Below, in pieces: positions 39,768 through 54,049 of a stretch of DNA of 64,000 nucleotides. How positions within the stretch are numbered: the stretch's first letter is position 1; each line of letters begins with the position of its first letter. The DNA comes from Eledone cirrhosa. Taxonomy: Eukaryota. The stretch lies in the NCBI GenBank assembly GCA_964016885.1, contig OZ024742.1:299770001-299834000 (forward strand), written 5' to 3'. The notes beneath the pieces are model-generated. The model did no database searches, had not been told where the DNA came from, and worked only from the letters and a program-made list of their open reading frames with translations. Both the position numbers and the translations under genes were made by a program.

Positions 39768-39849
39768 TACATGGAACTCCTTTAACCATCTTTTGATCTT
39801 ATATTATATATATATATATATATATATGTATGAATATATGTATATATAT

Positions 39850-40533
39850 GTGTGTGTGTGCGTGCGGGAGTTTGATGGTGCCGCTGGTGGTGCTATTGCT
39901 TTTGCTTAACCCAAGGTCAGCCCTGACCAAGCAGAACTATGTTCAAAAGCATTCCTGCCGTGACCATCATGTCTTTTTGTATGAATCTCTAAGACTATAT
40001 TCTCTCTTCCTTTCTTTAATTTGAAGGATTTTTAACTGTTGTTTCTAGCATGTCTGTGTAGAGATTCCCTCTGTAGATTGTAGCATTGCTGATAAATATT
40101 GATGTTGATGGCGGGAGGAGGGGGGTATGATGATGGTGGCAGTGGTAGCAATGGCAATAGTTGCGTTGGTGGTGTGATTGATAATTGTGATGGTGACGGC
40201 AATGGTAGCACCACCACCACCACCACCACAACGCTACTACCACTGCCACCATCATCATACCCCCTCCTCCCGCCATCAACATCAATATTTATCAGCAATG
40301 CTACAATCTACAGAGGGAATCTCTACACAGACATGCTAGAAACAACAGTTAAAAATCCTTCAAATTAAAGAAAGGAAGAGAGAATATAGTCTTAGAGATT
40401 CATACAAAAAGACATGATGGTCACGGCAGGAATGCTTTTGAACATAGTTCTGCTTGAACAGGGCTGACCTTGGGTTAAGCAAAAGCAATAGCACCACCAG
40501 CTGCATGATCAAACAACTCCCGCACGCACACAC
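39850..40533. repeat. Long inverted duplication (about 300-bp arms, 88-nt spacer)
   Basis: About 39850-40148 mirrors 40237-40533, flanked by (TA)n/(CA)n. Confidence 0.9.
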
Positions 40534-40578
40534 CCACACACAATCACACACACACACATATATATATTTACATATATT

Positions 40579-40634
<56 letters not shown>

Positions 40635-40656
40635 CATTCATACACACACACACATA

Positions 40657-40687
<31 letters not shown>

Positions 40688-40810
40688 ACATTCAAACACA
40701 CACTCACACACATATATATATATACATACATTCATATGCACATATATATATATACATACATTCATATACACACACACATATGTATATACACATACATACA
40801 CATACACACG

Positions 40811-40853
<43 letters not shown>

Positions 40854-40987
40854 ATATGTATGAATGTATATGTATATATATATATATATGTGTGTGTATG
40901 AATGTATGTATATATATGTATATGTGTGTATGAATGTATGTGTATATATATATATATATATGTGTGTTTCTGTGTGTGTATGTATGA

Positions 40988-41292
<305 letters not shown>

Positions 41293-41545
41293 ATGCCCTT
41301 TGTGTGTGTGTAGCCTCTGCACACCCTCTGCACCCTACTCTCGACGCCACCCCATCTATGGTTCAGCTAACCACTCGACTCCCGGGAATGAATATGACCG
41401 CAGCTAGTAAACAAGGACCCACACCCCACCCTCCCGCACCAAAATTAGACTTATCGTCCCCTACTTTTGCTCTTTACTCTCTTTACTCTTTGTTCTTGAA
41501 TGTTTGGTTGGTAGAGTCCATAACACCAATCAAACCCCTTTTATA

Positions 41546-41590
41546 GCTCTGAAGAATCCTACGGTTACGTAAGGAAGAAACATTGTAAGC
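41546..41590 (+). ncRNA. Minimal hammerhead-like motif
   Basis: GCT-CTGAAGA-aTCCTACGgttaCGTAaGGAa-GAAA-CATTG-TA-AGC, then AATAAA and (TA)n about 47 nt downstream. Confidence 0.6.
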
Positions 41591-41690
41591 CAATAAAAAT
41601 CTTTTGATGTTGTAGACGCTCTTGTGTTCTTTTTCATATATGTATATATATATATACATATACATACATTCATACATTCATACATTCATA

Positions 41691-41747
<57 letters not shown>

Positions 41748-41915
41748 CTATACTATAAAGCTGTAACAAACTTTCCGCCAAACAGCTGGACCAAACGGCA
41801 CCAAATTTGCATCATAGATGTAACTTTTTCCAAGTAGAAAAGTGAGGGTATTTTTCTCTACTGAATTATCTACTGAAATTTGTTAAAAAATTAAAGACAT
41901 TATTTAAAAGATTAA

Positions 41916-42324
41916 AGGGCGGTGAATTGGCAGTATCGGTAGAGGGTCGGACGCCATGCTTTCCAGCATAGTTACGTCCCTTTACGATCTGAGTTCAAAT
42001 CCCGCCGAGGTTGACTTTGCCTTTCATCCTTACGGGGGTCGATAAAATAAAGTACCAGTAATGCACTGGGTAATTGCTGGCCTTGTGCCTAAAGTAGAAA
42101 CAATTATTTAAAAGATTAAAGACATTATTTAGGGCGGTGGATTGGCAGTATCGGTAGAGGGTCGGACGCCATGCTTTGACGCATAGAGTTACGGCCCTTG
42201 CCATTCTGAGTTCAAATCCCGCCGAGGTTAACTTTGTCTTTCATCCTTATGGGGTCGATAAAATAAAGTACCAGTAATGCACTGGTTAATTGCTGGCCTT
42301 GTGTCAAACGTAGAAACAATTATT
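41916..42324 (+). mobile_element. Two tandem SINE family A copies
   Basis: Same head, B-box and core as 12059. The flank ATTATTTAAAAGATTAAAG is duplicated around the first copy. Confidence 0.8.
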
Positions 42325-42478
42325 TAAATATTCACTTCTTTAAAATTTTCAAATGTCAACACTTCCTGTCATACAACATTCCTAACGTCTTCACGAACCA
42401 AAGTATCATCTTCCTGTTTTCTTTCGGTTGCAACGTTTTTCGAAATATTTACTTCTGCGTTCACAGATTGATTTTTTT

Positions 42479-42529
42479 AGTTTCAGAAGATCCCGTTAAG
42501 GGTGAAAGCAGCGATTCTTTGCTTAAACT
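42479..42529 (+). ncRNA. Hammerhead-like motif with CAGAAGA core
   Basis: AGTTT-CAGAAGA-TCCCGTTAAGGGT-GAAA-GCAGCGATTCTTTGC-TT-AAACT, 16 nt before (TA)n. Confidence 0.65.
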
Positions 42530-42569
42530 TTAATCTGTTATTTTAATATATATATATATATATATATAT

Positions 42570-42787
<218 letters not shown>

Positions 42788-42836
42788 TGTACAGATATTT
42801 TTGCATACACAAAAACAAAATATTTATTTCACGAAA

Positions 42837-43620
42837 GGTGATGGTGATGACAGTGGTAGCAGCGTTGTGGTGGTGGTGGTGGTGGTAGTGGTGGTGCTGC
42901 TACTGGTGATGGTGTTGGTGTTGGTGATGGTGATGGTGATGGCAGTGGTAGCAGCGTTGTGGTGGTGGCGGTGGTGGTGGTGGTGTTGGTGTTGGTGTTG
43001 GTGTTGGTGTTGGTGATGGTGATGGTGATGATAGTGGTAGCAACGGTAGTGGTTATAGTGGAGATTGTGTTGATATGATGATGTTTATGGCAGTTGTGGT
43101 GCTGGTTGTAGTTGTGATTGTAGTGGTTATAATGGAGAAGATGTTGTTTGTGGTGGTGGTGGTGGTGGTGGTGGTGGTGATGGGGGGGGGGGGGTTATAA
43201 TGAAGATGGTGTTTATGTGATGATGGTAGTAGCGGTAGTAGAGTTGTTTGTGGTGGTGGTGTTGGTGGTTGTGGTGGTAGTGGTGGTGGTAGTGGTGGTG
43301 GTCGTGGTGGTGGTGGTGGTGGTGGTGGTGGTGGTGGCAGTGGGGGGTGTTTGGGGTGGTGTTGTTGCTGGTGGTGGTGGTAGCGTGAAGGTGGTTGTGG
43401 TTGTGGTGGTGGTGGTGTTGGTGGTTGTGGTGGTAGTGGTGGTAGTGGTGCTGGTAGTGGTGCTGGTGGTGGTGGTGGTGGTGGTGGTGGTGGTGGTGAT
43501 AGTGACTAGTAGCTATAGTCTAGATAGTATTGATATGATGATAGTGGTATCGATGATAGTGCTGGTAGTGATGGTGTTGGTGACGGGAATTGTGTCAGTT
43601 GTGGTGATGGTTGTAGTGAC
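42837..43620. repeat. Degenerate (GGT/GAT/GTA)n trinucleotide tract
   Basis: Visible directly; it is the source of the poly-V and poly-W ORFs. Confidence 0.95.
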
Positions 43621-45936
43621 GGAGTTAAATATTCTAGGAATATCTTAGAAGCATTGATGATATAATGTTTGATGTTTAGCCCTAGGTCAGCCTTAAGTGA
43701 GTAGATCTATAATGGTTTCTTATATAGGCACAAGGCCATCAATTTTGTGGGAGGGGAAAGTCGATTAAATCGACCCAGTGCGTGACTTCATTTTATTGAC
43801 CCCGTATGGATGAAAGGCAAAGTTAGCCTCGGCGGGATTTGAACTCTGATCATAAAGCAGATCTATAATAAAGTGTATTCAAACCATGACCATAAAATAA
43901 TGTTTTTCTGCACTACATTATCCAATGTCTCATTGTTAAAGGTGCTACTGTGTAGTTATAGTGTCGGATTAAAAATGCCTGGGTGTGTTGGTTCCGGTTC
44001 ACAGTGATACAAAATCAAATCCTTCAGACCTCAAATTTGCCTTTCATCTATTCGAAGTCGATAAATAAAGTATCACTCCAGTACTGTGACTGGCTCTTAC
44101 TCTTTCTTTATCTATCTAGCTTTCTCTGGTTATGTAGATTTCTTTCTATCTCTTTTTCTCTGGGAAAAATCGTCTATGATCCACCCTCTCAAAGGCAACC
44201 GTTTCCAAATGATCCGGCTGGATGCCCAAACCAGACCTAATGAGCTCATGGATGTTATACAACTATCATACTCTTGGTTCCCTGTCGGTTGGCTTTTACC
44301 TTATAACCTGTCCATCGGTTAGTTCTTTAAGCATTTTAACCATATGTCAGTAATACCGGTGCTGTGCTCTCTCGGTCCAAAGAAGTAGCAGCTCTACTTG
44401 AAGCGACTCTTTAATCACCGAGCTATGCACTCTATCGAGTAACGTTACTCCAAAGAGCCATCAGGGACCCCATTTCAGCCGCTTGTATTCTCGATTGTAT
44501 TCTTTCGATAATTACCCAATATTCGAAACCATATATATAATATAAGGTTTCGAATATTCATTTATATGTTGCTGATCTATGTTCTCTATAACACTAAACA
44601 GCTCTATCATACAAAATATATTTCCTTTTATTTTTTTCTTCGATATGATGTGGTTAGGGCTAGGTTTATAGTTCTGAAATAAAATGCAACATAACGTAAA
44701 CCATTACGTAAAAGACATTCAAAAAGTAAGTAGGAGACTTCCGACGTTCTTAACCCTTAGACCACATCCCTACACACTGCTATCGGGGCGGAGTTAACTA
44801 GGCGTAAGTGAGATCCCCGCGAAGTGGAATGGCTGTCCCTGTGTGTCACCCTCAGTTCCAACGACAAGGGTTCCAGCTGATCGAACAACAAACAGTCTGC
44901 TCACGAATTTAACGTCAAGTTGCTGAGTATTGCACAGACAAGTGTATCATTAAGGTAATTTCTAAGAGAAATTCAGTGAGACACGGTGTGTGACAAGGCT
45001 TTCCTTCTTAATTACTAGAACAGTTCATTTCTGCTACCTGGAAGGACATTAGAAATGTAAAATTGAGTGTGTGTTGCTCAAAAGAACCAAGCATTCCCGA
45101 GAATCGAACTCACTACAATGCGTTCGTGAGCCGAAAACTGTAACTCGTAAGCCGCGGGGCTTCACCATTGTAATTTTAGACGATTACAATGACGTGGAAA
45201 ATCTTCCAATATAAACAAATAAGGATTTCGCCTTACAACCACATGATTCTAGATTCAGTTCCGCTCTGTGGCACATTGGGCAAGTATCTACTACCATAAA
45301 CTCAGGCAGACCAATGCCTTGTGAATGAAATTTGGTAGATGGAAACTGCAGAAACATGTCGTGTATATATATTGAGCCATCAAGTATGAAATTTGTAGAA
45401 ATTTGTGTTTTGTCTATAACTTTCTACAAATTTCATACTTGACGACCCAAAATATATATGCGCGCGCGGGTGTGTATGTGTGTGTGCGTACGCGCGTATG
45501 TGCGTATGTGCGTATGTGCATGAGTGTGTGCGTATGTGTGCGTGTGTGGGTGCGTTAGTACGTGTGCACGCGTGTGTGTGTGGGTGTGTGGGATTATGCC
45601 CACGCTTATGTTTGAGTTTGAGTTTATCCCTCATGAATTAGCAGTTCGACAAAAAGAGTTCGATGAAATAAGTACCCAGGTTGATATGATTATGTAAATA
45701 ATGGCGGTGCCTCAACATAAAGCAGTCAAATGTCAGAAGCCAGTAATAGCGTAAAAGAATAGACTACAATGCTTTTTATCATCCGAAGAATTTAGTTTCT
45801 ATGGTTATTAAGTAACAAAACACACGAGGTTATAGCAGGGTAATGAAAAACGAACAGAAGCCTAATGGATATATGGATATAAATTATTTAGTGTTGTTTA
45901 TAGAAAAAATATAAGAAACAATGCATATACGTGCAT

Positions 45937-46007
<71 letters not shown>

Positions 46008-46291
46008 AACATATAACACATATATGAAGATATACATATACATATATATATACATGTGTGTGTGTGCATATGTATACGTATATATATATATATATGCACA
46101 TATTCATGTATGTGTTATATAATTATATATGTGTGTGTATGTGTGTGTATATGTATATATACACATACATATACATATGTACACATATATATATACAATT
46201 GTATAGAAACAATTGCATATATATATACAATTGCATATATATATATATACAATTGTATATATACATATATACAATTGTATATATATGCACA

Positions 46292-46369
<78 letters not shown>

Positions 46370-47384
46370 TGTGTGTGTGTGTGTGTGCGTGTGTGTGTGT
46401 GTGTGCATATATGGCGATTGTGTCATCTAATCTTCGAAATGAGCGAAACTAACTTTTATATATATTTAAGTAAAGTGTATTTATCAAGGTAAATAAATAC
46501 TGAGTGCGGTATATATCATACAGGATAAGAATAAACAGATCTGAAAGAAATAATAGAATCTTCCGGAAGCTATTCAGACATAATTTAAGAAATTTTGTGC
46601 TGGACAAACCAAACAGAATAATTCCATCGTAGTATTACCGGTGTTTATAAGCAAACAGTACCCTCCATCAGACCTGTCAACTCTCCCCGTCTGACGGGAA
46701 TATCTCCCACCCACTTTGGAGTGGGTGAGAGATGTCTACTCTTGTGAAAATTGATACAACCTTTGTTATGTAAACTGTCCCCATTTTGCCTCATTTCTCA
46801 CTTTTGTTCATGACAATCCCCGTTTGGGTTTTTAGAAGTTGGCAGTTCTGCTCTATATTGATATCGTATGTATTAAAAGAGGAATCCCTCTTCAAAGCAA
46901 GGCAGTTTCATGTTCACTCTGCGCTGCACTTTTGGGTAGGTACCTTCTACTACATACATGGGTTGAGCAATGCTTTACGAGTGAAATTTGTTAGAAAGAA
47001 CATGAAGAAACATCTCGTACACACATAGACTTTCCACACATGGTCTTTCCACACACACACACATACTTACACGCAAACATTTTTTTTTAATTCTTTTACT
47101 TGCTTCAGTCTTCAGTATTAATGTTTTAAAGTCTGGTACTTATTTTATTGTTCTCTCTCTTTTTTGTCGACCCGCTATATCACGGAATAGGAACAAAGAC
47201 ATAGACGTAAACATAGACACTGACACAAACATAAACACACAATAGCGTAGGGAAAAGGTAGCTGATGAGGAAGCTAGAGTATTTTGATTATTCGCCCCAC
47301 GTATTTGACTTTTTGTTTTTTCAACATTCTAACGATTCTACCAACCCACCACCCTATAGTAATTCTTTCTGTATGTATGTAGAA

Positions 47385-47454
<70 letters not shown>

Positions 47455-47616
47455 ATATATACACGTATATATATATATATATATACATATATATATACAC
47501 ACATATTATATATATATATACATATATATCATATATATATACATATATATGTATATATATATATATATACAAATATATATACACACATATTATATATATA
47601 TATATATATATATATC

Positions 47617-47647
<31 letters not shown>

Positions 47648-47684
47648 TATGTATACATATATACAAATATATTATATCTATATA

Positions 47685-47754
<70 letters not shown>

Positions 47755-47758
47755 TGCA

Positions 47759-47796
<38 letters not shown>

Positions 47797-48836
47797 TACA
47801 TACAACCTACATATTCTGACCCTTTATAATTCATAGGATTTTTAATCCACCAATCTACTTACCTTCATAAATACATATTCCTAAAAAAGAAGCTTATTTT
47901 CGCTAACTTATAGTGCAACAATAATTTCTGTGTATAATATATATTCATAGTTTTTTTCCATAAACAATGCTTAAACATTTTGTACCCATTAGGCTTCCAT
48001 TATCTTCTAGTTTTCTTGCTGTTTCTCAAGTGATTTACTGGTTTATACTGGTTTATATTCCTAGGAACTAGATTCATCTGATAATCATAATGATTCATTC
48101 AAATCAATATTTCACACACATCCTTTTAGCTAACTAAACTCAAATATTTTTTTCCTAATGATATCATCGTCATGGCTTGATTTGACTAACGAAGATCTCT
48201 GAGAGAAGAGGGCTGTCGACCTCTATTACAGGTTTGCTAGTGGCTGAAAAACCCAATACAGAAAAGACAACCCTACCGCAGCGGCCGCAAGGTAAGTGTT
48301 TATCTGCGCTCGGTATTGTTGTGTCACGTTTCTTCCATTATCTCTTTTTGTCTTCCGAGCAAAAGCTATATCAAACCACTGGTATGGGTTAATGTGACAT
48401 GCTTCAAGAGTTTTCTCTCAGAAAGTCTCTGTACCTTTTTTCCGGTGCTCCATTGTTACCGTATATACAATAAACAACACTATATAAAGTAGTATATTTA
48501 CTATATGTAATATATGACTGATACGTTTCAAAAAGCCGGTACAATGCGGTAGAAATATATAAAGGACAAAAGATAACGAACAAAGCAAAACAAAATAATG
48601 TTTTACCCAGTATATTTCAGGGCTTAACACACTTTTCAAATATGAAGCAGAAATGGTTCAAAACAAAAACGAACGATAGGTGAGTTATTCTTTAACTGAT
48701 CTACGTTTATCTATGATATGCAGCTAACTATTCAATAAAGATTTACTATATAACATCACTTAGATTGTTACCATAGGAGGATATAGCATTTTTAGTTTTC
48801 TTTCAATAAGTAGTCTTTGATATAAGTTCAAATATG

Positions 48837-49112
48837 AAGGCACATGGCTTATGTGTTAGACTCAGGATCGTAAAGAAGGGAGTTCGATTTCTAGACCGGG
48901 AAGCACGTTCTGAGCTTTGGCAAGAGCCTTTGTTCATGTTACTTCAGTCCACTCAAATAGAAACAAAATGAGTTGTACCTGTAATTCATTGGCCCAGCCT
49001 TGTCACATATAACGCTGAATGTAGATGAAAATGACTTAATGGGTACACGTGTCTACAGAACAAGCAGACTGTTCCGTCGAGCGAATAACTGGAACACTCG
49101 TCGTGGTGACGG
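48837..49112 (+). mobile_element. SINE family B, diverged
   Basis: GGCACATGGCTTA..GTTCGATTTC..AAAATGAGTTGTACCTGTAATTC..AACTGGAACACTCGTCGT, matching 58112-58400. Confidence 0.65.
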
Positions 49113-49351
49113 AGAAACGTTCAACACATGTTATTCTGATAACCCCATGTGATAACTCCAATTTCTATATAATCATATTTTCCCACATAGAGACTTAACT
49201 GGTGTATACACTCAAATAATGTATGTGTTATTCATTCCTATAAAATACTGTGAATATCCGCTAAACAAAATTGAAGTCGGTGTTCTTTCTTTCATAATAG
49301 GTAAATATATTTACGTGTATATCATATACTCGTTTCTCTCTATATATATTG

Positions 49352-49416
<65 letters not shown>

Positions 49417-49474
49417 TGTGGGTATGAATTTGAGTATGTGTTGGTTAGTTACCGACACTTCAAGTTCTAGTTGA

Positions 49475-49533
49475 GCTGCCTGATGAGGTCATAGCTGTTG
49501 AATAGCGGTTATCACCGAAATATATATAACAGC
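49475..49533 (+). ncRNA. Minimal hammerhead ribozyme motif, same family as 1929-1984
   Basis: GCTGC-CTGATGA-GGTCATAGCTGTTgaatAGCGGTTATCACC-GAAA-TATATA-TA-ACAGC, followed by AATAAA and (TA)n. Confidence 0.8.
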
Positions 49534-50569
49534 GAATATGAATAAACGAAGTTAATTTTAACCTGTTGACTTGTTTATATATATATACACATATACATAT
49601 ATATATGAAATAGATATCGTTTTTTACAAAAAAGCAATATAAAAAATTAGAAACATAGGCGGAGAAATTAAAACAGCTCAAAATAGAGTAATTTATTATA
49701 ATAAGCAGTACAAAAGTCTGTTTCATACTTGTTTGAAATAATTTTCCAAAAAAGCATGTATATAAAATCGTATTGTGCTAAAATGAATAATTACACATGA
49801 ATAATAAGTACACATGAAGCAAATTATTCATTAAAATAGACACTTTACACGTTTGTACATTAAATGCTGATTTACGAACGTTTCATTCCCTTCCTGGGAC
49901 TTTTCAAAATTAGTTATTTAAGATCAAAAAACCTCATTATAACCTCACCAAAATACTCGCCAGCCAGCAGCCAAGGAGAATGTTTGCATTTCAACCATCC
50001 GAAATGACACCACAACGCATGGAATGCTGTCCAACTACAGAAATATAACGCCAAGCCACTCTAGTACATTACTATAAAAACTTATTTTTAAAAAAAAAAT
50101 TCATAGATGATAGATATAAAAAGAGAAATATAAGCTTGATTAAAAATATTATAAAAGATAAGAAAAAAAATAAGAAGGAAAAAATGAAGACATATACGTA
50201 TACATAAATACACACACACACTTATATACAAATATAGATATAAACATACATAAATAAATAAATATATACATACATTCACATCTACATATATACTCACACA
50301 CACACATATACACATATATATATATATTTCTATTTATTTGCCACCAGGGCATCACAGATTGGGACAAATACAAAGGGGGGAGTTTACATACATTTTAAAA
50401 GACGTGTAAAAAACATATAACAAATTAAATTTAACAATCGATGTCCTCAATAGGGAGGGGCGTTGACATGGATCGCACACACCCCCGAAAAAATGTGCAA
50501 CCCTCCTCTTCAGGAGCACAAAGAGCGGGTGCTTCCTTCCTCTTCTCATTCTTCTCCTCTCTCACCTAC

Positions 50570-53500
50570 AGGCTGATATAGAGAGAAGGCCCATTCACTC
50601 GGGCCATTCTCGCTACTTTCACCCATCTTTCATAAAACTTGCTGGGGCAGAGCACCTCTCTCTCCATTCTGATCCTTCTTCTAAAGTGTTACTTGAAAAA
50701 AAGACCAGTTGTTGGCCGGAGAGAAAGGTGTCTGACCTCAGTCCTTTCAACCTTGTCCACCATACAACTTCTTTCGCCATGGCTATCACACAGAGGAAAA
50801 CCGCCTCTCCTTCGTTTTTGAAAGGGGGAGGCGGTTTGATCGTGACAATGTTCTCGGTGGTCAACCGGATTGGTCCCACCCGCGACAGTAGTCGTTCTAC
50901 ATAGCCCCACAGGTCAGCAACGCCCGGGCAGTGTACGATTGCGTGTGCGACGGTTTCCTCGTCACGCACGCATCTTGGACAGATCTTCTTCGAGGGGTCC
51001 CTACCCGGGCGCCCGTGTCTGTAGAGCTTGTCCCGAACGGGTAGAGCTCCTCGGTAACATTGCCAAGCCAGGGACTTTTGGAAGTTGTCCATCGGTCCCG
51101 GGCCAAACGTCCTACCGAACAGACTGGCCAGCTCGTATTCCTCCATGCCCAGAGCCTCTCCGAGAGCGTCGTCGCACTTACTGCGCACCAACCCTCTATA
51201 GAATGTTGAGGTTGAGTCTCCACTGATTGCCGGATCCGCTTGCCAGAGGGCCGTGAGCGCCTGGGCACATTCAATGTGCCAGTCGCCCACTTTTCTCGGT
51301 CTTTGCTTGACCCAGGATTGCAGCTCGGTGAGTGAGACGAGTCTCGGAAAGGCTCGCCTCACAAACAGGGCCCACACCTGCTGACCGGTGAGGAATACCT
51401 GGAGGTGCCGTAGCCTTAATACGTGTCTACGCATCGTCAGCCACGGCATCCCCAGCCCTCCGTTCGAAGAGTGTTGACAGCAGATGGATCTTCTCACTAA
51501 AGGAGCCCGCTTCTTCCAAAGAAATCGGAAGAGCGCGCGCTCCATTTTGGCGAGTGTTTTCTCTGGGCAAGGCGCGACGGTCAAGCGGTAGTAGATGACG
51601 GACGCTATATAAGCGTTCGCCACCTCCGCTCGACCTTTGAGGGATAGTTTGCACTCGGCCCACTTCTGGGCGAGTGCAAAGACCTTGCCCGTTACCTCGT
51701 CCCAGTTTTTCTCCACCTGGAGGTCTGGTCCGAACCAGACCCCGAGCAGCTTCACCGGTCCCTCCGTCCAGCGTCCGACGATACCGTCGGAGGGCATCGT
51801 TTTGCCCCTCCACGTCCCGAGTTAGAAACCGACGGACTTGTCCCGGTTCAGCTTGGCTCCTGTGAACCTTTCATATTCCACCAGTAAGGTGCCGATCTGC
51901 TCGATTTCGGAGGCGCACGACACCATTACTGTAAAACGTCATCGGCGTAGGCCGACACCGCTTTCCGCAATCCCGGTTCCAAGGGGATGCCCTGAAACAG
52001 CTCCAGCTGTAGTGGCTCGAGAGCCAGCACATACAGGAGGGAGGAGAGAGGGCATCCCTGTCGAATGGATCGCGTGATTTGGAACGGCTCCGAGAGGTAG
52101 CCGTTCACCTTGACCCTCGAGCTGGTGTTGCTGCTGTGCATTGCAGCAATCCAGCCCCTGAAAACGGGTCCGAAGCCTGCCGCCTCGAGAACTGCATCCA
52201 GGTACCGATGGCCAACCCTATCGAACGCCTTAGATTGATCCAAGTTGATCAGGGCCCCACCAAAGCCGGGTTCGTTCCCTACCCTCTCTACGATGTATCG
52301 CATGAGGTGGAGGTTGTCGTGTATGGACCTGGACGGGATTGCGCATGTCTGCGCTTCTCCCACCAGGTTCCTGACGACAAGCGCCAACCTCTTCGCTAAC
52401 ACCTTGGCCAAAATCTTTAACTCTGTGTTTAGCAGAGTTATGGGCCTGAAGTTATCTATGTCATCCCCCTTGTTCTCGTCCTTCCTCACTAGCGTGACTA
52501 CGCCCTTGGTCACAGAACTGGGAATTCTCCCGTTCTGTTGCCAGTTGCCAGTTGCAGTAGACCGCCTCGAGGAGACCGGAGAACAAGCCCGGCATCGCTA
52601 CATAAAGTTCGTATGGTAGACCATCGAGACCCGGAGATTTGCGTTTGCCGCATTGGCTCAGCGTTTCCCCTATTTCAGCGGCTGAAATCGGCCTCTCGCA
52701 GGACTTCGCCTCCCCGTCCGAGAGCCGCGCCAGACCGTCGAGGTATGGACCGAAATCCATGGCTCCACCCGGCCCGCCGCCCCTCCCGAACAGTCGTGCA
52801 AAGCGCCGTTAAAAGGCTGCGCTCATCCGCTCAGGTTCAAGGATCACGCGTCCATCCTGGTCCTTCAAAGACCGAATCGTGGACTTGTTTCCACTTTTTG
52901 CCTCTGTCACTCGGGCCCAGCTAACAGCTTTGGCTCCCTCGTTACCCAGAGCACGTATTTTACTCCTGACAACGCAGCCCTCGTGCTTCGCATCAAAGAA
53001 CTGGTCTAGGGCCGTTCTTGACGCCAGCACGCCGGCCACGTTGCCACTCCTAATCGCCTCTTCTACTCTATTTGTTAATTCCCTTTCAGTTCTATTCCTA
53101 TCTGATGCTAATTCCCGACTAAAACCTATCGATTCTATTCTAATTTCTCTCTTGAGAGAGCCCCACCCCCTGTTGTTGACAATTGCCCCCGTCAAACGCT
53201 GCTTAACTAGTGTGCTAATCCGCTTACTGTAAGCTTTGTTTGTCGGTAAAGACAAGTTTAGCTTCCAGTAACCGGGTCCCTGTCTATGAGTTCTATCAAG
53301 GTTGACCACTCCGGTCACCAACTTGTGATCCGAATAGTCAACCATGAACATTCGTGGACAGCTTAATATGTCCCTATCCTTATTTCTAACTAGGAACCTA
53401 TCTAGGTATCACCTAGATGTTCCGCTGCGATTACTCCACGTCCACCGTGCCACAGTCGGAAAATCTAGTCGATATCTATCGGCCAGATCAAATCGGCCGA

Positions 53501-54007
53501 TTAACCGTTTGAGGCTGTTACACCCCCCCCTCTATCGGGACATGCCCCTACATAGTCCCAACGTGCATCCAGGATACCGTTCCAGTCTCCCACTAAAAGC
53601 AAGGAGCGAGACGTTCCCAGGAAATTCTCCAGGCGTCGGAAGAAGTCCGGTCGCGGTGTCCCAGATAGGGCATACGCTGCCACCAGCCTGAAAGCTCCAC
53701 CTTCACCACTGCCGACGTCTAAAACCACCAGTCGACCCTCCGAGTCCAGGTGTACCTTCTGTGAGGCAAGACCCAGGTATTTTCGCAGCAGAACGACAAC
53801 CCCACCCCCACCCCTCGGCTGACAGAGAGATGCGTAGATCTCAAAGTCGTCGAAGATGGGGGCCAGTTGGCGCTCGCTGCTGATCCTGGACTCGCAAATA
53901 ACCATTACATCCACTCTGTGCGACCTGCGGTCATTTAAGAGTTTGCCCTGTTTCCAGGACATCCCCAAGCCGCGTGCATTCACACATTCAACTCTTATGT
54001 TGGCCAT
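50570..54007 (-). pseudogene. LINE ORF2 (APE endonuclease, reverse transcriptase, zinc-binding C-terminus), broken into at least 5 ORFs
   Basis: NARGL, ICES, GDWN and YSDH (APE); KSPGLDGLPYELY, FRPITLLN, LDQSKAFDRV, RQGCPLS and AYADD (RT); GGLG and CPRC..EETVAHAIVHC. Confidence 0.92.
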
Positions 54008-54049
54008 GTTGGTGCTGAAGAGTTAAAAAGGAAGAGAAAAGGAAATTAC

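Noticed and set aside
41747-41880. TCTATACTATAAAG Helitron-like 5' end (also TCTACTATATTAAAA at about 16679)
   Set aside because: No matching 3' hairpin-CTAG was found in the same orientation, so no element could be delimited.
43217-43648. Poly-Val ORF and the poly-Thr mucin-like ORF at 59017-59376
   Set aside because: These are (GGT)n/(ACC)n tracts with no splice or domain support.
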